DNA of 64,000 bases from NCBI GenBank assembly GCA_963813715.1, contig CAWFAK010000007.1, forward strand, positions 64,001 through 128,000. Reading direction: 5' to 3'. This stretch comes from an uncultured Planctomycetaceae bacterium. Its GTDB lineage: Bacteria > Planctomycetota > Planctomycetia > Planctomycetales > Planctomycetaceae. Numbering within the stretch: the first letter of the stretch is position 1; each line of letters starts with the position of its first letter. Below, piece by piece: positions 37,062 through 47,373 of this stretch. Under the pieces are notes generated by a model, which was not told where the DNA came from, did not search any database, and saw only the letters and a program-made list of their open reading frames with translations. Both the position numbers and the translations under genes were made by a program.

Positions 37062-37394
37062 TTATTTGGCGGGCGGCGTCGGCGGCAGCCAGCTGTCTTT
37101 GGGGACGCCGATGGTGGCGACGTGAGCGGGAGTGCCTTCGCGCGTGCTGGGAGCGTCCCAAACGTAGAGGATCGTGCCGGTCTCGTTCGTCGTGTAGAGC
37201 CGCGTCGCCATCCGCCCTGCATTAGCCCCAATCGCATCGACGGCTACGCCGCCGGCATGGGCCGTGTTCTCCAGCGACGGCCAGCCGTCGCTCCCCCGCC
37301 CGTGCAGACCCTGACTGTGCAGACCGTGTCCGACGTAAAAGATGCCGACACAAACCGCGACGGCGACAATTCGCCAAAATTTGCTGTCACGCAT
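37062..37394 (-). CDS. Small exported hypothetical protein
   Basis: MRDSKFWRIVAVAVCVGIFYVG signal or anchor; LYTTNETGTILYVWD. Confidence 0.65.
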   Translation of the reverse strand: MRDSKFWRIVAVAVCVGIFYVGHGLHSQGLHGRGSDGWPSLENTAHAGGVAVDAIGANAGRMATRLYTTNETGTILYVWDAPSTREGTPAHVATIGVPKDSWLPPTPPAK

Positions 37395-37451
37395 GGAAGC
37401 TGGCCTTTCAGAACGAGCCGCGAACAAATCGGACGCAGCCACCATCTTAAG

Positions 37452-37579
37452 GCTCGAATGACGAAGCACGAATGCTGCCTCAGTCCGCCCGTGGTGGGAC
37501 GAAAGAAGCACGAAGCTCGAAACCCGAATTAAAGGGCTTTTGTTCGTGCTTAGGTCATTCGGTCATTCGTTTCGTCATT
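37452..37579. repeat. Palindromic repeat family C, copy 1 (downstream of SPFH pair)
   Basis: 37452-37511 identical to 41284-41343; 37542-37568 identical to 41365-41391. Confidence 0.9.
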
Positions 37580-37608
37580 TGCACGCGTGCTGCTTGGCCC
37601 GTCGTCGG

Positions 37609-39287
37609 TCACGGCCCGGGTTGCGTCGCGTGTGTTTGCAGTTGTTGCTGGCGGCCGAGCAGTGTGTCGCTGAAGCCTTTGAGGTCCGTCCAGAAGGTGC
37701 CGTCGCCAGCGTAGAGCAGGTGCAGTCGCAGGTCTTCGGGCAGGCCGGTCGCGAAGACCCATTGGTTGTACGACTCGGGGGCGCCGAAGGCTGAAACGGC
37801 CAGCTGCAGCTTCTGAGCACGGGCTTGCTCGAGCAGCTTCTTCGCCGACGCTTCCGCCTCGCCCTTGAGAATGGTGGCTTGCGCCTGGATCTCGGCCGTG
37901 CGCCGGTCGATGGTTGCCTGCTTCTGCACGGTTTCGGCCCGCGTCTCCTCGGCGGTGCGGCGGCCCTCGGCGATCTTTTCCGCCTCGAGCTTTTCGGTCT
38001 CTGCCCCGATCCGCTGCGACTCGTACTCGACCCGGGCCGTCGCCTCCTGCAACGTCGCCTCGGTCTTGCGGGTGATTTGCTTTTGCTCGTTGGTCAGCTT
38101 GATCTCGTCGGCAATGAAGCGTTCCTGGATCGGCTGCCGCACGTCGAGCGGAATGTAGATGTGCCGCACCAGGCCGTGCAGCAGCGTGAGGTCTTTCTCC
38201 TCCAAGATTTTTTCGAACGCGGCCGTCGTGTCCTCCTGGAACTTCATTCGCGAATCGCCCACGAGTAGCTCGACCGCGCCCAGCCGCGAACCCTGGTTGC
38301 GGCAGATACTCTCGATCTGCGGGATGACGACCTTGGTTTCGACCGCGTCGGTAGTGCCGAATTTTCGCAGGACGTCGGGAGCCTGCTCGGGCGTGATCCC
38401 CCAGACGGCGGTGAAATCCATGTGAATGTCGAAGCCGTCGTTCGACGGGAATTTGATGCCGCTATCATCGTCGGCGATGATCGGCTCGCCGCTCTCGTCG
38501 AGCGTGGCCTGACCGTCGGTGTCGCGTTTGAAGTTCGAGTTGACGCTGGTGACGCTGTAGCCGACGCCGATGATGTCGAGCTGCTCTTCCTTCGGGTTGA
38601 CCGGGTAGATGCCGGGCTGCAGCACCTTGTTCTGAATGCCGGGCAGCGTGCCGCGGATCGGGTTGGGAGCCAGGTTGGTGACGACGCCGACGAAACCGGT
38701 GGGAATGTTGACCCAGCCGGCGTGCTTCTCCTGTGCGTTCGGCTTGTCTTGCGAGCCCGACTTCACCACCTGCTCGCCGATCACCTCGACCGAGTAGGCA
38801 TACGGATTGATGCGGTAGCAGCCCGGAGCGAGGACGTTGCGAAAAATGCCCTTCTGCATCGTGCTGCCGAGCATGCCGTCGACCAGGAATTCGCCGCGAG
38901 GCAAGTCGTCGCCCATCTTGCAGGTGGCGATGCCGACGTGCCCGCCTTCAATCACCAGGTCGTCGACCAGTTCGCGTTCCCACCACAGCGGGCAATAAAA
39001 GTGTCGCCCCGGCCCCCGCATCCGCTCGAGGTAGCCGATCTCCAGCGGCGCCCGCTCTCATCCACGCGGGCGAAATGGCCGGGCTGGGCCGGCGGCTTGC
39101 TGCTGACGAGCGGAAAGCCCTTGTACCGCAAGAGGAGACTTTTCCCCTCCGGCACGTAGACCCGGTTGTAGCCCCAGTCGATCGCCTGCCACATCGCGGC
39201 ACAGAGCAAGAACGCGGCGGCCGCCAACGTGCCGAAGGGCACCAACCGCTGCGCACGCGACCGACCCGAATTGGAAAGTTGACTCAT
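37609..39287 (-). CDS. SPFH/band-7 domain protein B (frameshift near 39050)
   Basis: N-terminal TM; three VxxGxVG..PGxYxxNP modules; FPSNDGFDIHMDFT SPFH core; EA/QK-rich coiled coil. Confidence 0.85.
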
Positions 39288-39368
39288 CGCACTCGTCTCC
39301 TGGATTCCCGATCAGAAGGATTTCCGATCCGTGGGACTTCCGTCTGGGCAAAAAGGGCCGCGCGTCGC

Positions 39369-41104
39369 TTACTTCTGAAGTGCGGGACTCGTCGCGTTGT
39401 CATGCCGCGTCAGGCTGGCCGCGTGGGGCAGCGGGTTGACCGGCGGCGTCGGCGTGAGTTTATCGGGTGCGCCGGGCTTGGTGGTCGACTTCCGTGCGAC
39501 GCCGCCCGGCGCGCGAAGGACTCGAAGATCTGCATGATCGGGCTGTCCTTGGTGTTGACCATGATCTCGCGATAGGCGCCAGCCATCTTCTTGTAGAGCG
39601 TGAAGCGGGCGAACGCGGCCCCGTCGCCGCCGAAGGCCGTCACCGACTGTTGCCAGCCGGCCGCCTCGGCCTCGTTCTGGAAGTGAACGACCTCGGCCGC
39701 CGCCTTGCCGCGCGAGACAACGGCTGCCGCCTCGTCCTTCGCCGCCTCCAGCTTGAACTGGGCCACCTTGAGATCCTGGTTGGCCTTGGTGACGGCCACG
39801 TCCATTTCCCGCTTGGCCTGCGTCGTCAGCTTGATGACCTGTTGATCCGCGTGGACGAGGGCCTCCTTCTGCTTGACCATTTCCGTCTCGATCGCCAGCT
39901 TCTGCTGCGATTCCTGCTGCAGAATTTGCTGGCGGTATTGCAGCTCCTGCTGTTTGGCAATTTCGCGGTCGCGGACCGGCTTGGCGATCTTCTGCGGCGG
40001 CTTGATCTTGGTGATCAGCGCCTGAATGATCTCCACGCCCAGCGGATCGCACGAAGCCTTCATCGCCTTCTGAAAATCTTCCTGAAACTGCGTGCGGGTC
40101 TCGCCGTTGATGAACTGCCGCCCGCTTTCGTTCGAGCCGTTCAGCCGGCAGAAGCTGAGCGCGCTCGGGCGGATGATTTTGTCGATGATCTCCTCGTCGA
40201 TGTCGTCGCCGTTCTTCCGCTCGTTGTAGATCACGTAGACTTCGGCGGCCTTCTCCGGCTTGATGCGAAATTCGATGATGCCGTCCAGGCTCACCCAAAA
40301 GCCGTCCTTGGACGGAAAGCCCATGTCTTCGTTCTTCGCCGCCAGGTTGAACCGCTGGCTGCGGCAATCGACCAGGTTGATCCGCACTTCGTACGGGTTG
40401 ACGTAATACGTCCCCGGCTGCAGGGGCGACGCCTCGACTCCGCGAAATCCCTTCGGCACCAGAAACCGGTTCGGGTCTTTGGCGAACGGACCGGCCAGAT
40501 TCGTCTGAATGCCGACGAAGCCGGCCGGCACCGTCACCGGCTTTCCCTCACTGACCTGAAAGAGATACGGATTGATCTGATACCGGCCGGGCCGCAGCAC
40601 GCCGGGCACAACGCCCTTCGTCGTCGGCCGCCCTTCGTCATCGAGCCGCGCCAGAAATTCGCCGTAGGTCAAATCCTCGCCCGTCAGGCTCACACGGACG
40701 CCCATCATGCCTTCGGGAATGACCACCTGCGGCACGATCTTCCAATCCCAGGAGTAGGGATTGCGGAAGTAACGCCCCTCGGTGAGCACGGCCCGCTGCA
40801 CGCCGCGATGCTCTTCGTCCGGCGCGACCTGGTCGCTGTTCTCCAGGTCGAGCCCTTCCTTCTTGATGAGGACGGCGATGTGCTCTTTCGGCACGTCGAT
40901 CAGAAACTCGTGATACGAAGCCCACGCGACGAGCGCCCCGCCGAACACGAGCGCCGCCGTCCCCAGGCCGACATAGTTCGAGAACCGCGGCGGCGCAAAC
41001 CGACCCGACTGGCCCATCCGCGCTTTCCGCCACGACGCCGCGTCGCCCGCGCGATCCGCATCCTCATCTCGATCATCTGAAAAAGGCTGTTCATCCCGCG
41101 GCAT
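39369..41104 (-). CDS. SPFH/band-7 domain protein A (probable indel near 3' end)
   Basis: N-terminal TM; EGRYFRNPY, PGRYQINPY, PGTYYVNPY; FPSKDGFWVSLDG; GVEIIQALITKIKPP; coiled coil. Confidence 0.88.
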
Positions 41105-41283
41105 AGCACAGACTCCTCAAGCCACCGACGTCCACTGAATTGCATGAGGCGAAACCCCGCCCCTCGAAGGTCACAAACGCAACCCGCAGGCCAGCGGATC
41201 AAACGGCCGGGGCACGGAGCCCGGTCGAGCGGGCTAACCGCAATGCGGAGTGACAGTTACGCAGGGCTGCTTGCAAGCGGCAA

Positions 41284-41439
41284 GCTCGAATGACGAAGCA
41301 CGAATGCTGCCTCAGTCCGCCCGTGGTGGGACGAAAGAAGCACCAAGCCCGAATGAAGGCTTCCGTTCGTGCTTAGGTCATTCGGTCATTCCTTCGTCCC
41401 GCCACAGGCGGACTGAGGCAGCATTCGAGCTTCGTCATT
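41284..41439. repeat. Palindromic repeat family C, copy 2 (full, about 47 bp inverted arms)
   Basis: aatgacgaagcacgaatgctgcctcagtccgcccgtggtgggacgaa ... ttcgtcccgccacaggcggactgaggcagcattcgagcttcgtcatt (3 mismatches). Confidence 0.9.
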
Positions 41440-42367
41440 TGCGCCCTTCGTCATTTGCGTCGCTCCCGCTGATCGCCGCCACCACCACCGTGATGTTGTC
41501 CCGGCCACCGTGGTCGACGGCTCGTTTGATCAGCTCGTCGCACGCCACTTGCGGCAGCGTCGGTCGGGCGAGCACTTCGGCGATGGCGGCGTCCGCCAGC
41601 TCGCGCGTCAGTCCGTCCGTGCACAACAACAGTCGATCGCCGTCCTCCAGCCGCAGGTGCACGATTTCCGGATGCACCAATTCGCTCCGGCCGCCGAGCG
41701 AGTTGGTGAGGATGTTGCGGGCGTGCCGCGTCTCTGCGGGCGGGACGCCGCTGTCGATCAGCACCTGCGCCAGCGTCTGGTCGTGGGTGACCTGTCGCAG
41801 CTTGCCCTCTCGCCACAGGTAAGCGCGGGAATCGCCGATCTGCACGACCAGCACGTGCCAACCGACGACAGAGGCGGAGGTCCAGGTGGTGCCCATGCCC
41901 TCCAGGTCGGGATCGGCCTCGCCCATCGCGCGGAGCGTGCGATCAATCTCGCCGGCATAAGCCTGGATCCGCTGCTCGATCTGCTGGGCGGCCACGCTAC
42001 GGAGCCGCATCACCCAGCTGCTGGCCCGATCGGCCAACTCAAAGGCCTCTTGAATCGCCACGCGACTGGCCGTTTCGCCAGCCGCCGCTCCGCCCATGCC
42101 GTCGGCCACGACGAGCGTATAGCTGGTGAGGACGTGGCCGAAAATCGCCGTCTCGTCGCCGTCGAGCGAAACGCGATCGCTCGCCAGATTCGACATCAGG
42201 ATTTCGTGAGCCCGGGTGCGACGAAAGACGCCGAAATGGTCCTCGTTGGTCTTCCGCACCAACCCTTGGTGAGACGCGGCGCCGAACTCCACGTTCGGCG
42301 GCGGCGAGGCGGGCACGAAGAACTGCAACGCAAAGCCCTGATCCGAATCTTGGGTTTTCGGTCGCAT
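41435..42367 (-). CDS. PP2C-family Ser/Thr protein phosphatase
   Basis: GLVRKTNED, VADGMGG, GMGTT, IGDSRAY, LLCTDGLT, GGRDNITV. Confidence 0.93.
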   Translation of the reverse strand: MRPKTQDSDQGFALQFFVPASPPPNVEFGAASHQGLVRKTNEDHFGVFRRTRAHEILMSNLASDRVSLDGDETAIFGHVLTSYTLVVADGMGGAAAGETASRVAIQEAFELADRASSWVMRLRSVAAQQIEQRIQAYAGEIDRTLRAMGEADPDLEGMGTTWTSASVVGWHVLVVQIGDSRAYLWREGKLRQVTHDQTLAQVLIDSGVPPAETRHARNILTNSLGGRSELVHPEIVHLRLEDGDRLLLCTDGLTRELADAAIAEVLARPTLPQVACDELIKRAVDHGGRDNITVVVAAISGSDANDEGRK

Positions 42368-42495
42368 CCGTCACTCCCCCCAGCCCATCCGAGGAACATC
42401 CACACGCAGCGCTCGCCCCACCAGTGTCCCGCAAGCTGTCACAAAAGGCCAGTTGTTTCCCGCCGATGACGCACGTTTACATCGGGGATTTGTCT

Positions 42496-42662
42496 CACAC
42501 AAAGGCACGAAGGCACCAGACTTGAGCGGGAAAAGATTTTGAACAGGAGGAAACAGAGGTAACAGAGAAATCAATCGATTCAAGTCTGTCTCACTCTGTT
42601 CACTCTGTTACCTCATGTTCAATGTCTTCGTCTTCTTTGTGTCTTCGTGCCTTTGTGGTGAA
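42496..42662. repeat. Nested REP-like palindromes (family D outer, family E inner)
   Basis: Outer cacacaaaggcacgaaggcac ... gtgtcttcgtgcctttgtggtg; inner gaacaggaggaaacagaggtaacagag ... ctctgttcactctgttacctcatgttc. Further arms at about 44497 (D) and 46857 (E). Confidence 0.8.
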
Positions 42663-42894
42663 CATCCCGACCGGATTAATGTGTCTACGCGCGTAGACCG
42701 CTGGGATCTCATCTCGACCGGTTTCCGGCAGCTGTGGTAGAATGACGCGTGACAACTTGATGTCTTCCTGACGGAGGCGCTTAACGCGCCGCAAGTCTCT
42801 TAACGAGAGCCGTCGCCTTGTTCGGGCGATGGCTTTGTTTGTTGGCAGGCCCGCCGGAACGAGGACTTTACTCCTTGATCTGGAAGGGTTTGCG

Positions 42895-44394
42895 ATGTCA
42901 GGAACGAACGGCAACGGAACGAGTGGCAACGGGTCGGGAACAAACGGTTCGGAAACGAACGGGAACGGGCAACAGTCGCGCTGGAGCCTCGGCGGGCAGA
43001 CGTTTTCGCGGTACGTCGACTTTCTTGCCGCTCGCGATCGGCGGGTGGGCGAATTCCTCGAACGGGCGGGAGGCGAAACGGAGGCGGCCCCGGTCGACGG
43101 AACGATCCCGGGCGACGCCGCGCCGGAGACGTTTAACCCCGAACCGGCGTGGCCCATCGCCGAGGCGGTCGACGAAGCCCTCGAAAACCGCTTTCAATTC
43201 CTGAACGCGGCCCAGCTCAACTCGGACGAACACACAACTCGCTACCTGATCCCTGGCATCCTGGCCGCCGCTCAGCCGGGCGGGATTTACGGGCCCTTCA
43301 AGTCGCTCAAAACGTCGCTGGCGGCCGACCTGGCCATTTCGCTGGCCAGCGGCACCCCGTTCCTCGGCCGCTTCCCCGTCACCGAGCCGGGCCGCGTGCT
43401 GTTTCTGGCCGGCGAAAAAGGGCTGCCCGCCCTGCAGTCGCTAGCCCGGCGGATCTGTGCCGAGCGGGGACTGTCGCTGGCCTCGCTCGATAACTTCCTC
43501 GTCTCCCGCGATCTGCCGCGGCTCGATCGGCCCGTCGACTTGATGGCCCTCCGCGAATTGATCGACAAGCAACGGCCCGTCTGCCTGATCATCGATCCGG
43601 CTTACCTGGCGATCGAAAACGGCAGCTCCCGCGGCCTATTCGCGATGGGGGAGCTCTTGCGGCCGCTGGCCGACCTGTGCGAAGCGACGGGCTGTGCCGT
43701 GCTGCTCGTGCATCACGCGAAACGCTCACACAAGCTGGGCAGCGTGCCGACGCTCGACGACATCGCCTGGAGCGGCTTCGCCGAGTTCTCGGCTCAATGG
43801 CTGCTCGTCTCCCGCCGCGGACCGTACGATCCGGCCACCGGACACCACGAGCTGTGGCTGAGCGCGGGCGGACGGGCCGGCCATCACGGACTGTGGGCCC
43901 TCGACGTCGACGAAGGAGCGGCCCCCGCCCTGCCCGAGCGTGGTCCCCTCGCGCCGACCGGCGATGCCCGCGTCTGGAAGACGAAGCTCCATCCGGTCGC
44001 CTGGGCCGAGGCGCAGAACGACGAACAGTTCGTCGCCGCCAGCGAAGATCGGCGGCTGCGTCGCCGCGCACTGCAATTCAGCAACCAGTGCCAACGCGTG
44101 CTCGAGTACCTGACCGCCTTCCCGGACGGCCAAACGGCCCGCCGCATGCGCGAGGTGCTGGGCCTGAGCGGCGACCGCATGAACCGCATCCTCGAAACGC
44201 TCGTCGAACGCGGGAACGTCGCCAAGACGCACGAGTTCGGCGACCGCGGTCGGCCCATCGCACTCTACGCCCGCTCCGCCATCACCGACCTCTCGGCCAC
44301 CGCCATTCAATCCGGCGAGACCCACCGGCCGGATCCCCAGGTCTACGACGTCGGGTCGGGACAGTTCGTGGATCGGCGGGACAAGTTGATTTAA
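42895..44394 (+). CDS. RepA/AAA_25-type RecA-fold ATPase/helicase with probable C-terminal HTH
   Basis: YLIPGIL, GIYGPFKSLKT Walker A variant, VLFLAGE, LIIDPAY Walker B, VLLVHH; C-term QTARRMREVLGLSGDRMNRILETLVERG. Confidence 0.85.
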   Translation: MSGTNGNGTSGNGSGTNGSETNGNGQQSRWSLGGQTFSRYVDFLAARDRRVGEFLERAGGETEAAPVDGTIPGDAAPETFNPEPAWPIAEAVDEALENRFQFLNAAQLNSDEHTTRYLIPGILAAAQPGGIYGPFKSLKTSLAADLAISLASGTPFLGRFPVTEPGRVLFLAGEKGLPALQSLARRICAERGLSLASLDNFLVSRDLPRLDRPVDLMALRELIDKQRPVCLIIDPAYLAIENGSSRGLFAMGELLRPLADLCEATGCAVLLVHHAKRSHKLGSVPTLDDIAWSGFAEFSAQWLLVSRRGPYDPATGHHELWLSAGGRAGHHGLWALDVDEGAAPALPERGPLAPTGDARVWKTKLHPVAWAEAQNDEQFVAASEDRRLRRRALQFSNQCQRVLEYLTAFPDGQTARRMREVLGLSGDRMNRILETLVERGNVAKTHEFGDRGRPIALYARSAITDLSATAIQSGETHRPDPQVYDVGSGQFVDRRDKLI

Positions 44395-44730
44395 CCCGGA
44401 AAACACCGGGGATTCTGCGCGAGCGCCGACCGTCGGAGCTCGCGAACGGCTGACGTTGGTCGGGAGACGCAGGGATGAATTAAGCAGAGCGCGGATTCAC
44501 CACAAAGACACGAAGGCACGAAGAAGACGAGAGGCGATCGGCGGGGTGACGCTGCGCTCGGACGGATGATGCGCCCGCGGCTCGGCGTGGGAATGTCTGA
44601 CGATTGGTAGCGTGCATGTCCGGCACCATCCCTCGCTGACAGCTTTTGCGCGAGGAGTCATAAAGACTTGCGCAATAAAAAGTTGGTGCTACACATAGTC
44701 TCAATCGTAACCACACGAAAGGAGACGGAT

Positions 44731-45612
44731 GTGGAACACCAACTCTGGAAGGCGATTTTGATCCTTCTCAAACAGGCGAGCAAGCTTCGTCGGCGCACGC
44801 GGGAACGATACGGGGCAGACGACATTGTGCAGGTTTGGCTGTGGGCCGTTCTGCACGGTCGGCCTGTGTCCTGGGCGTGCGATCTTCGGAACTGGCCGCT
44901 GCATGAGCGTCGCCGCAAATTGCCATCGTCGAGCACCATGTCGAGACGACTGCGGAGTGCCGAGGTCCAGCAAATGCTGCAAGAGATCGAACGTTCTGAA
45001 CTGGCTCCTCGTGGGAACAAGCCCCTGTATTGGATGATCGATGGCAAGCCTCTGCCGATCGGCGGTTGCTCGAAAGACCGGCAAGCTGGGTACGGCTGCG
45101 CCGCGGGCTGCAAAGCCAAAGGGTACAAGCTACACGCGGTGGTCGGCAGCGATGGCTCGATCGCTGCCTGGCGCGTGGCTCCCATGCAAAAGGATGAGCG
45201 GGCGATGGGGCGGCGGATGTTGAAGCAAGCGGCTGTGCAAGGGTACTTGCTCGCCGATGCAAATTTCGACTCGAACCAGTTACACGATGTCTGCCTCGAA
45301 CGCGGCGTGCAACTGGTGGCACCTCCGCGTTACGGATTTGGCCGTCGCCGTGGCCATCGGCGTCAGAGTCCCGCTCGGCTGCGATCTCTTGAACTGCTCT
45401 CGAATCCGCAAAGCTCGTTCGGCCGTGCCCTCCATCAAGAACGTAACGCGATCGAACGCTACTTCGGATACTTGAGCACTTGGAGCGCCGGATTGCAGGC
45501 ACTGCCCGCTTGGGTTCGCGGCCACCGACGCGTCCACCGCTGGGTGCAAGGCAAGCTCATCTTTACCGCCTTGCGACGGCGATGCCAAAAAACGACTTAC
45601 GTCACGAGATGA
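44731..45612 (+). mobile_element. IS element DDE transposase (DDE_Tnp_1-like; exact family not assigned)
   Basis: LPSSSTMSRRL, MIDGKPL, GYKLHAVV, LLADANFD, RNAIERYFG; intact ORF of about 293 aa. Terminal inverted repeats not confidently found. Confidence 0.85.
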
Positions 45613-45664
45613 AAAAAGTTGTGACGCTTCGGGTTCGTGTCTCTCGCATTTACCAACCCGAAGT

Positions 45665-47008
45665 GTGAGCGAAGGCTCTTCATCGCAGCGAATTCCCGAG
45701 CGGCGATTCGCATCTGAAGGAGCGCCGTCGAGCGCTTTTGCGACAATTCATTGCGGGCCGATGCTTCCGTCCTCATGCTGCAGGTTATACAGGTTCAAGA
45801 ACAGCCAGAACCCGACGGGCCCGTCCATTTGCACGTCGGTTTTGAAGGAAACGGTCACGCGGCCGTCTTTGCCGAGTTCGCAATGGACCACGCGCTTGAG
45901 GGATTCCGAGAGACCGCTTCCGCTGGTGTCGGCATTGTCCATGGGCGCTTCCCAGCGGCGGCGAGTTTCCTCGAGGACTTTCTTGGCCGAAGAACCGACT
46001 GGCAAAAAAACGACGCGCGCCTGGTCGTTGGCCCACGTCCAGGTCACGCCATGAATGAGTCGATCCCAGTTCGTGGCTGGAATGTGGCGAATCATCCAGA
46101 CGGGGGCCAACCGGTCGATTGCCGTCCATTCCGGAAGACCGTCGGGAAAGGCGCGGGCGGGTGTGCCCCTGTGCGGTGGCGTGTCGATGCGTTCGAGGAG
46201 CTGTTGCAAGAACTCGTCGTGGGTCGCGCACAGGATCGTATCCGGCGAAGCTTCACAAAGTATATCCCAGGCCCCTTCCAGGCTTTGATTTCCTTCGAGC
46301 GGAAGCACAAGACTTCGCGGCCCGCGATTTTTCGGATCTCCTTGGCCTCTTTCCGGAGAGCGTTGGTCCAATCGACGGCGGCCTGCCCCAGATCGCGGTC
46401 GAACACGATGATCGAGCACCCCTCGGCGTAGAACTCGCCGAACTTGCTTGTCACCCGCGGGAGGCGCATTCCGTTGACGGCGATGAGGACCTTTCGGCCA
46501 GCCAGCGGCCCGATATGCTTGTCGTCTTCAAGTTCGCCCAACGCGAGTGATGAGAGAAACGCGGCAGCCCCTTTCGCGGCCTTTGGCGTGTCGGAGCGCT
46601 TGGGGATCGAAAACGATTGCGCCACGACCAGCGTTTCTATGTCTTCGGGAAACCAGTCGAGCACACGCCGCAGTTCGGTTGCCGACTTGCGAGACGGGCG
46701 TTCGTCGCCTGCGGCGATCCTTGAGCCGACCAAGGCGATCGCGGCGACGAGCGCCGCTTGGATCGAACGACGGGCTGTCAAATTGAACATGGGTCGCATC
46801 CTACCGGAGTTTAACGCCAAATCACCAAGGCACGGTCGGACGAAGATGAAGCCAATGAACAGGAGGTAACGGAGACAACGGAGTCAAAGAAAGAGCCTCC
46901 CGTCAGTTTGCTCATGTTAATTGTTTGAGACGCATCCGGGCCTTGCCGAGCCAAAGTCAGCTCCCTCGCAAGGCGTGAGCGAGGGCTCTTCATCGCAGCG
47001 AATTCCCG
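45665..47008. repeat. 34 bp direct repeats at 45665-45698 and 46975-47008
   Basis: gtgagcga(a/g)ggctcttcatcgcagcgaattcccg, one mismatch. Confidence 0.85.
45748..46790 (-). CDS. Exported hypothetical protein (frameshift near 46300)
   Basis: Signal peptide MFNLTARRSIQAALVAAIALVG; VLDWFPEDIETLVVA; continues in ORF 45748..46419 (ILCATHDEFL..LPEW..APVWMIRH). Confidence 0.65.
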
Positions 47009-47373
47009 GACGGACTCACGGAAATTGAAACCGCAACGCCCGGATCGACAGTCCAGATCCGAGCGCGCCCCGATGCCGAAAGCTCCGAAGGAATCGAATG
47101 CGCCGGCGCGACCCAGGCGCGGAAACGGGCTTAAACCAATCCCGGCAGCCCACCGTCAGCGCGCATAAGACGTACCAGCGGCGGGAGACCAAGCCATCAA
47201 CCACGACCCAAGCCGCCCCAGGTGCAGGGGCGATGCCCCTGCAATAGGTACAGGCGGTACGGTCTACTCAGGAGGGTGTTCTTACGGGATCGGACAGGTC
47301 TTTTTAAATTGCGTTGTTTGCCCAGGCGTCGATACTTCACGGGCCGATACCCCCCTCGACGCTGGATGGACTC

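Noticed and set aside
44677..45621. AAAAAGTTG on both sides of the transposase as a target-site duplication
   Set aside because: No inverted repeats are visible just inside these 9-mers, so the IS ends cannot be fixed.
42829..47008. Prophage or integrated plasmid
   Set aside because: No integrase, primase, structural or conjugation genes.
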